DNA of 64,000 bases from Eledone cirrhosa (lineage: Eukaryota), in assembly GCA_964016885.1 (NCBI GenBank), contig OZ024745.1, positions 97,216,001 through 97,280,000 on the forward strand, given 5' to 3'. Position numbers and translations under genes: made by a program. Positions 56,863 through 64,000 of the stretch are shown in pieces. Numbering within the stretch: the stretch's first letter is position 1; the number at the start of each line of letters is the position of its first letter. Below the pieces are notes generated by a model. That model was given only the letters and a program-made list of their open reading frames with translations. It did no database searches and was not told the DNA's origin.

Positions 56863-57183
56863 TTAGTACCTTCTGTTATTGAATCTTTTCTAGAAGTATC
56901 TTTATCGTATGATAATCCTGTTTGCAGCGAATGCCATATAGAAGGGGATATGTTTCAGTTAAGAAGAAAGACTGCTTTTCAGATCTCATTTGAAAATCCA
57001 AGAACAATCACTATTCCTCCACATTATGTTTATGACCAAGTGTCCATATGAGTTAATTAGCTAATTAGCATCTTTACAAAACATAAGTTCACCATGTGTC
57101 TCATAATAAAAGTGTAGACTCCACCTTCATCTTCATCATCCATTTTACATCCGAAATAATATTCATAGTGTTTATTTAATAAA

Positions 57184-58402
57184 TTATTCTACTTTAGGCA
57201 CAAGGCCAACCATTTTGGGGGAGGGGAAGTCGTTTAAATCGGCCCCAGTGCATTACTGGTACTTTATTTTATCGACCCCGTAAGGATGAAAGGCAACGTT
57301 AACCTCGGGTGGATTTGAACTACGAATGTAAAGGGTCGTAACTCTATGCCGCGAAGCATGTTGTCCGATACTCTACCGATACTGCCAATCCACCGCCCTT
57401 AATGATTTTGAGGAGGGGAAAGTCGATTAAATCGACGCCAGTGCATTACTGGTACTTTATTTTATCGACCCTGTAAGGCAAAGCTCACCTCGACGGGATT
57501 TGAACTCAGAACATAAAGGGTCATAACTCTATGCATGGAAGAATAGTGTCCGATGCTCTACTGATTCTGCCAATCCACCACCCTCGCACAACGTTTATTT
57601 AATAATAGTATAAAGTTATTTATCTTGGATGTTAAAGTCAAATCAGTACATCATAACATAGGAAATTAGGATGATTTTGGCAGTTCTACGACGTGATAAA
57701 TCATCTATATGAAGAAATCGCTGTTGTAAAATCAACAAGAAGTAACACATACTAGCTCTTAATTTCGTGACATTAACAAACAAACTGGCTTAAAGCTGCT
57801 CTACAGAGAGACTAGACATGGGTTACAACATGTCTACACATGTTTCAACCAGCATGGTGTTACCCTAACCTATCAACATTACCAGAACCTCTTTCCAAAA
57901 ACAACAAAAATTCTACTAATTTTACTTTAAAAGTGATACATATGTATTACAATTAACATTTTTCATTGTAGTTATTATTATTAGGGCGGTGGATTGGCAG
58001 TATCGGTAGAGTATCGGACACCATGCTGTGTGGCATAGAGATACGACCCTTTACGTTCTCAGTTCAAATCTTGCTGAGGATAACTTTACCTTTTATCCTT
58101 ACGGGGTCGATAAAATAAAGTACCAGTAACGCACTGGGATCGATTTAATCGACTTTCCCCTCTCCAAAATTGTTGGCCAGAAATCATTAAGGGCGGAGGG
58201 TTGGCAGTATCGGTAGAGCGTCGGACAACATACTTCGCAGCATAGAGTTACGACCCTTTACGTTATGAGTTCAAATCCCACTGAAGTTAGCTTTGTCTTA
58301 CAGGGTCGATAAAATAAAGTACCAGTAACGCACTGGGGTCGATGTAATCGACTTTCCCCTCCTCCTTCAAATTGCTGGCTTTGTTTCTAAAGTAAAAACT
58401 AT
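57184..58402. mobile_element. Two Nin-like SINE dimers in opposite orientation (57184-57582 -, 57984-58402 +)
   Basis: Four copies of the family consensus. Confidence 0.88.
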
Positions 58403-58519
58403 TGTTGTTCTTGTTGTTGCTGCTGCTGTTGTTGTTCTTGTATCCAGTAATAACCTTAAATGAAAGGGAAAAGATGGTTGCACTGATCTTGTGATTCTAG
58501 CATTGGCATCATAAACCAT

Positions 58520-59750
58520 GTGAAAAAAAGGGCATTCTATTTTTCGAAGATTCTTCCTAGCTAAAAAAATATTATTTAGAATTCTTTGATGTTTCGTTGA
58601 GATCGTTTGATTATGCTGAGATATGTGAATTTTTAGGGTTATATATCTTTGACATATTGCTTAAGGGAGGCTGTCCAACATAATTTAGTTTATACAGAGA
58701 TCGCGGCCTTTTTATTTCTCAAGCTGCTCATCATCAATTGGGTAGCTTAAAAAAAAAGTCTGATCAGTATTTTCAAAGTGTTGAATGTAAAAACTAAGGT
58801 TGAAACTAATTGAATTATTCTAAAGTTTTCAGGTGTTATTGTAGATTTAGATACTAACAAATATTTTATATATAGAACGCCATATGAGAGAATGAAATAT
58901 ATTTAACAAACATTAAAATCTCTAGCTTTAATCTTTCCAAAATTAGTTCGTAATATAATTAGAGTGATTTCTAGCATTTCTTCCAATGAAATTTCATTTA
59001 AACCTGCTGTATTTATTACAATAGTAGGTTTAATGATATTATACTAAATAATTTGAGCCTCATTAAATGGGCGGTAAGGTAAAATAGACAAAAGATTATA
59101 TAGAATAACCCGCTAACATAGCCTCCTTTGTTTTTAATGTTCTTACTAATGCTGTTAGAATATACTTGAATATTTTCCACTAGAACCAATGAAATGTTTA
59201 ACAAAAATACATTTGAATCAGAGCTACAGTCAAACTGGTCCTTTCAAGATGTGAAATTTCAGCGTCAAAATAAAAATTGCCACCATTGATAAAATAAATA
59301 GAAAAGTTAATCAAAAAGAATATTCAAAATAAGCGTTCAAGGAATCTCGTGTGTTGTAATTGCCACCACCCTTTGCCTTCTCGATGATATCTGCATTTCT
59401 AAGGCTTTGGTATATAAGGCGAATGCTGAGTTGAAGTCTTACATTAAGCCAACAGAACATCCATTTAAGAAAACATCCCTTCGCTCATGTACAATTCCTG
59501 ACAATTAGAAAAAATGAATACTACTTTCCTGTCTAACTATATATGGAATCGAAAGGGCTTCATTATTGAAAGCTTTAAAGCTGCGTGGCTTATCTAGAAA
59601 CATGATGCTGCATAAAAGAACAGTTTGTAAAGTACGAATTTTATCTAATGGAAAATATATATCATTTCGATTGGGACTTCATCGTTACTAAATAAAAAAC
59701 TTGAGCACAGAAGTGTTTGCCGTTGTATCAACATATTCTATACGGTTGAA
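58520..59750 (+). pseudogene. Old PLE relic (LYRDDG-type RT + GIY-YIG)
   Basis: FFDVSLRSFDYAEICEFLGLYI...LYRDRGL, ISSISSNE, CNC..C...ALVYKA...SYI..TE.PFK, LSNYIW, LLNKK; many stops and frameshifts. Confidence 0.75.
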
Positions 59751-59984
59751 CAAATCTACATAGTACAACTTTCGATTTTTATATCATTTTTATGTGTACA
59801 CACATTCGTACGTACATTTTCATGTATATGTATGTCGGGTTATAGATTTATAGGTATAAAAATAACAACAAAAATTACATTTGCTGATGATGTTACCTCA
59901 TGGATATTTCGATACCTAGTGGATATAACAGTCGTAATTGTTATATTTATATGTAACCTGAGTTTCGTTGGGGAAGACAGTGAG

Positions 59985-62900
59985 AGATAGATAGATAGAT
60001 AGATAGATTTCTTTATTTGCCACAAGGGCGCACAAGAAAAGGGGACAATACAAAGACATGCAGTCGTGTAAAAAATATAAACACAAACAATTACAACAAT
60101 CGAAATCAACAATAGGGGGTAAGTGCCACAAATGGGATGTTTAATACCCCGTCGATAGAACAACCCTCAACTGCAGGAGCATGTTGTGAAAGTGCTCCTT
60201 TCTTCCTTTTGCTCTCTTCTTCAACCTACAGGCTTATAAACAGAGAAGGCCCAATCACTCGGGCCATTTTCGCTTCATTCACCCACCTTTCAGTAAATTT
60301 ACTGGGGTGCAGTGCCTCTCTCTCCACTGATTCTCCTTCTAAAGTGATACTTAAAGAAGGGAATCAATTGTTGTCCGGAGAGAAAGGCATCTGTCCCCAG
60401 TCCTCTCAATCTCGTCCACCATATAACTTCTTTCACCATAGCCACCGTACAGAGGAAAACCGCCTCTCTTTCGTTTTTGAAAGAGGCTGGCGGTTTGATC
60501 CTTACTATGGACTCGGCAGTCAACTGGATTTGTCGCGACAGCAGTTGTTCTGCATAGTTCCACAGGTCGGTTACGCCCGGGTAGTGTACAATTGCGTGCA
60601 GGACTGTTTCAATGTCCTGCGCGCATCTTGGACACGTCCTCTTGGAAGGATCCCTGCCGGGGCGTCCGTGCCTGTAGATCTTGTCACGAACCGGTAGAGC
60701 TCCTCGGTAGCACTGCTAGGTCAGGGACCTCTGGAAGTTGTCCATAGGTCCCGGGCGGAAAGTCCTACCAAACAGACTAGTGAGCTCGTCGTCTTCGACG
60801 CCTAGAGTCTCCCCGAGCATGTCGTCGCACTTGCAAAGTACTAACCCTCTATAGAATGTCGAAGTGGAGTCTCCACAGATTGCTGCGCCCGCTTGCCATA
60901 GGACTGTGAGCGCCTGGGCGCATTCAATGTGCCAGGCGCCCATCTTCTTCGGTCTTCGCTTGACCCAGAACTGCAGCTCCGTCAGCGAGACAAGTTGTGG
61001 GATGGCCTGTCTCACAAACGGTGCCCACACCGGTTGGTCAGTGAGGAATACCTGGAGATGCTGTAGCCTCAGCGCATGTTTGCGCATCATTAGCCACGGC
61101 ATGCCCATCCCTCCGTTGGAAGGGTGTTGACAGCAGACGGATATCCTAACCAGTGGAGCCTGCTTCTTCCACAGGAACTGGGAGAGCATGCGTTCCATCT
61201 CGGTGGGTTGTTCACGGGGACAAGGCACGATAGTCAAGCGGGAGAGTAGATGACGGACGCTATGAAATTTTTCGCCACCTCCGCTCTACCTTTCAAGGAG
61301 AGTTTGCACTCTGCCCACTTCTGGGTGAGCGCAAACGCCTTGGCCGTGACCTCGTTCCAGTTTTTCCCCACTTGGAGGTCTGGACCGAACCAGATCCCGA
61401 GCAATTTCACCGGTCCGTCCTTCCAGCGGTGTCGGACGTCATCGGTTTGCCTCTCCACGTACCGAGTTGCAAACCGACAGACTTGTCCGGGTTTAGTTTT
61501 GCTCCCGTCAGCGTTTCGTATTCTTTCAGTAAGTTGCCGATCACCCCGATTTCCGAGGTTCTCGACACCAATACTGTCACGTCGTCGGCATAAGCCGACG
61601 CCGCTTTGCGCAGTCCCGGTTCTAGAGGGATGCCCTTCAACAGCTCCAATTTCCGCAGTAGTGGCTCTAGAGTCAATACATACAGAATGGAGGAGAGAGG
61701 GCACCCCTGTCGAATGGAACGCGTGATTGCGAACGGCTCCGATAGGTAGCCGTTCACCTTGACCCTCGAGCAGATGCTGGTGTGCACCGCCTCGATCCAG
61801 CCTCTGAAAACGGGACCGAAACCGGCCGCCTTGAGAACCGCTTCCAAGTATCGATGGTCGACCCTATCGAATGCCTTAGACTGATCTAAATTGATCAGAG
61901 CCCCACCGAAGCCGGGTTTACTACCCACCCTCTCTATAATGTATCGCATGAGGTGGAGGTTGTCGTGTATGGACCTGGTCGGGTTTGCACACGTTTGCGC
62001 TTTCCCTACCAGGTTCTCGACGACAAGCGCCAACCTCGTCGCTAGCACCTTGGCCAAAATCTTTAACTCTGTGTTCAGCAAAGTTATGGGCCTGAAGTTG
62101 TTAATTTCGTCCCCCTTGTTCTCGTCTTTCCTGATCAGCGTTACTATGCCCTTGCCTGCAGAACTGGGAATTCTCTGCTGCCAATTGCAGTAGACGGCTT
62201 CGAGGACGCCAGAGAACAAGTCCAGCATGCCTATGTAAAACTCATAGGGTAGACCATCTAGACCGCGTGACTTGCGTCTCCCGCAGCGGCCCAGAGCGTC
62301 CCGTATCTCAGTGTCCGTGATCGGTCTTTCGCAGAACTCGGCGTCCGTAATCGAGACTCGGCAGGCCGTCGAGGTATGAACTAAAGTCCATTGCCCCGTT
62401 CGGCTCACCGTCATTCTGCTCAAACAGTCGCACAAAGTACTGCTGAAAGGCCGCGCACATTTGCTTGGGGTCAAGTAGTACGCGTCCGTTTTGGTTTTTC
62501 AAAGACCGAATCGTGGACTTGTTGCCACTTTTTGCCTCCGCCACTCGGGCCCATCTGACAGCTTTCGCTCCTTCGTTTCCTAGAGCACGTGTTTTGCTTC
62601 TGACCACGCAGCCTTCGTGTTTCGCATCGAAGAACTGGTCCAGTGCCGTTCTCGACGCTAACACCCTAGCTGCGTTGCCACTTCTAAGTGCCTCCTCTAC
62701 CTTGGCTACTAGTTCTCTTTCTATTTTGTTTTTCTCTAAGGCTAACTCTCTGCTAAACCCTATCGATTCTACTCTAATTGCTTTCTTGAGAGAGTACCAC
62801 CATCTATTGTTGACGATGGCTCCCGTTAACTGTTGCTTGACTAGTCTACTTATCCGTTCACTGTAAGCTTTACGTGCCGGCAACGACACGTTCAGCTTCC

Positions 62901-64000
62901 AGTATCCGGGTCCCTGTCTATGTGTTCTATCACGGTTGACTATGGAGACGACTAATTTGTGAACTGAATAGGCAACCGTGTGCATTCGTGGACAGCTTAA
63001 CATCTCCTTGTCCCTTTCTTTAATGAAGAGCCTATCTAAATACGATCTAGATGTCCCGCTGCGGTTTGCCCACGTCCACTGTGGTGCAGTCGGGAAATCC
63101 AGTCGATACCTATCGGCCAGTTGGAATTGGCCGATTAAAGTTTTGAGGCTGTTGTACCCTCCTCTATTGGGACATGCTCCCACATAGTCCCATCGTGCAT
63201 CTAGGATATCATTCCAGTCCCCCACTAAAAGTAAGGAGCGAGACGTTCCCATAAAAGACTCTAGACGCTTAAAGAAGTTTGGCCGTGATTGCGATTGCCC
63301 GGTCGGGGCATAAACGGCCACCAGTCTGAAGGCTCCACCTCCAATACTGTTCACGTCTAGGACTACCAGTCTACCCTCCGGGTCCAAGTGTACTTGCTGT
63401 ACTTCGACGTCCAGGTTCTTCCGAAACATGACAGTCACTCCCCCGCCACCTCCTGGCTGACAGAGAGATGCGTAGATCTCAAAGTCGTCGAAGATGGGGG
63501 TTAGTTGCTGCCTGTTGTGGATCCTGGATTCGGTGATGGCTATCACATCCATACCGTGTGACCTAAGGTCGTTTAAAAGTTGGCCCTGTTTCCAGGGCAT
63601 CCCTAGGCCACGCACATTCACGCTTCCAAGTCGTAAACTAGCCATGTTGGTGAAAAAGAGTTGGAGAAAAAGGACGAAAAGATGCACTTACATTTTCGTT
63701 TCCTGGAGATCGGGTTGTTCAATCTCCATTTGGGTGCTGGAGAGGGTGTTGGGTGGGGTGGGGCAACATTTTAACAGGATGCGGTTGATGGGTTTCTGGC
63801 AGGGGTTGTCCACGTCCTGCGAAAATTTATTTTTCAGGTCACTATAGGTCTTCCTAGAAACCCTTATAAGTTTATGGTGTGGAGACGATTCTGCCTTGAC
63901 GAAATATTTGCCCTCCGTCTACACTTTGGGGTTTTGGGAGATGACCTCCATCAAACTCTTGTTGTTTGTGTTGATGTATGCGTATTGTTGTTTGTGTTTT
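59985..64000 (-). mobile_element. Tx1/L1-clade non-LTR retrotransposon (end of ORF1, frameshifted APE-RT ORF2, 3' UTR, (TCTA)n tail); runs off the window
   Basis: ORF2 ATG at 63645: NVRGL, AITE, VYAP, GDWN, SYLDR, GPGYWKLN, GLDGLPYEFY, NFRPITLLN, DQSKAFDRVDH, RQGCPLS, YADD, GGMGMP. AATAAA then (tcta)n at ~60010. Confidence 0.93.

Noticed and set aside
60137-63847. Plus-strand ORFs over the Tx1 element
   Set aside because: Antisense shadows of the GC-richer minus-strand ORF2.

Overview
Very AT- and microsatellite-rich eukaryotic DNA. The tRNA-derived SINE families and (TA)n/(TACA)n/(CA)n load point to an Octopus/coleoid cephalopod genome (inference). Nearly all ORFs in the supplied track are microsatellite artefacts. 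The only host coding sequence I can support is two splice-compatible + strand exons of a WD40-repeat protein (5255-5441, 27610-27723), so the window is essentially giant introns. These introns carry a degenerate R4/Dong-type non-LTR element in (TACA)n, a Tx1/L1-type element, RTE fragments and RTE-derived non-autonomous elements, many SINEs, several MITEs, one young Penelope-like element (PLE) with an inverted end, and older PLE relics. The main discovery is about 24 type-I hammerhead-ribozyme (HHR) motifs from about 13 unrelated small repeat families, found by eye. They sit mostly in (TA)n, include tandem 430-540 bp retrozyme-like units, show compensatory base changes, and share a stereotyped asymmetric fold-back insertion architecture. 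Several families also share an ACTCC...GAGTGCT tail motif. All structure calls are manual; no covariance-model or database search was run.
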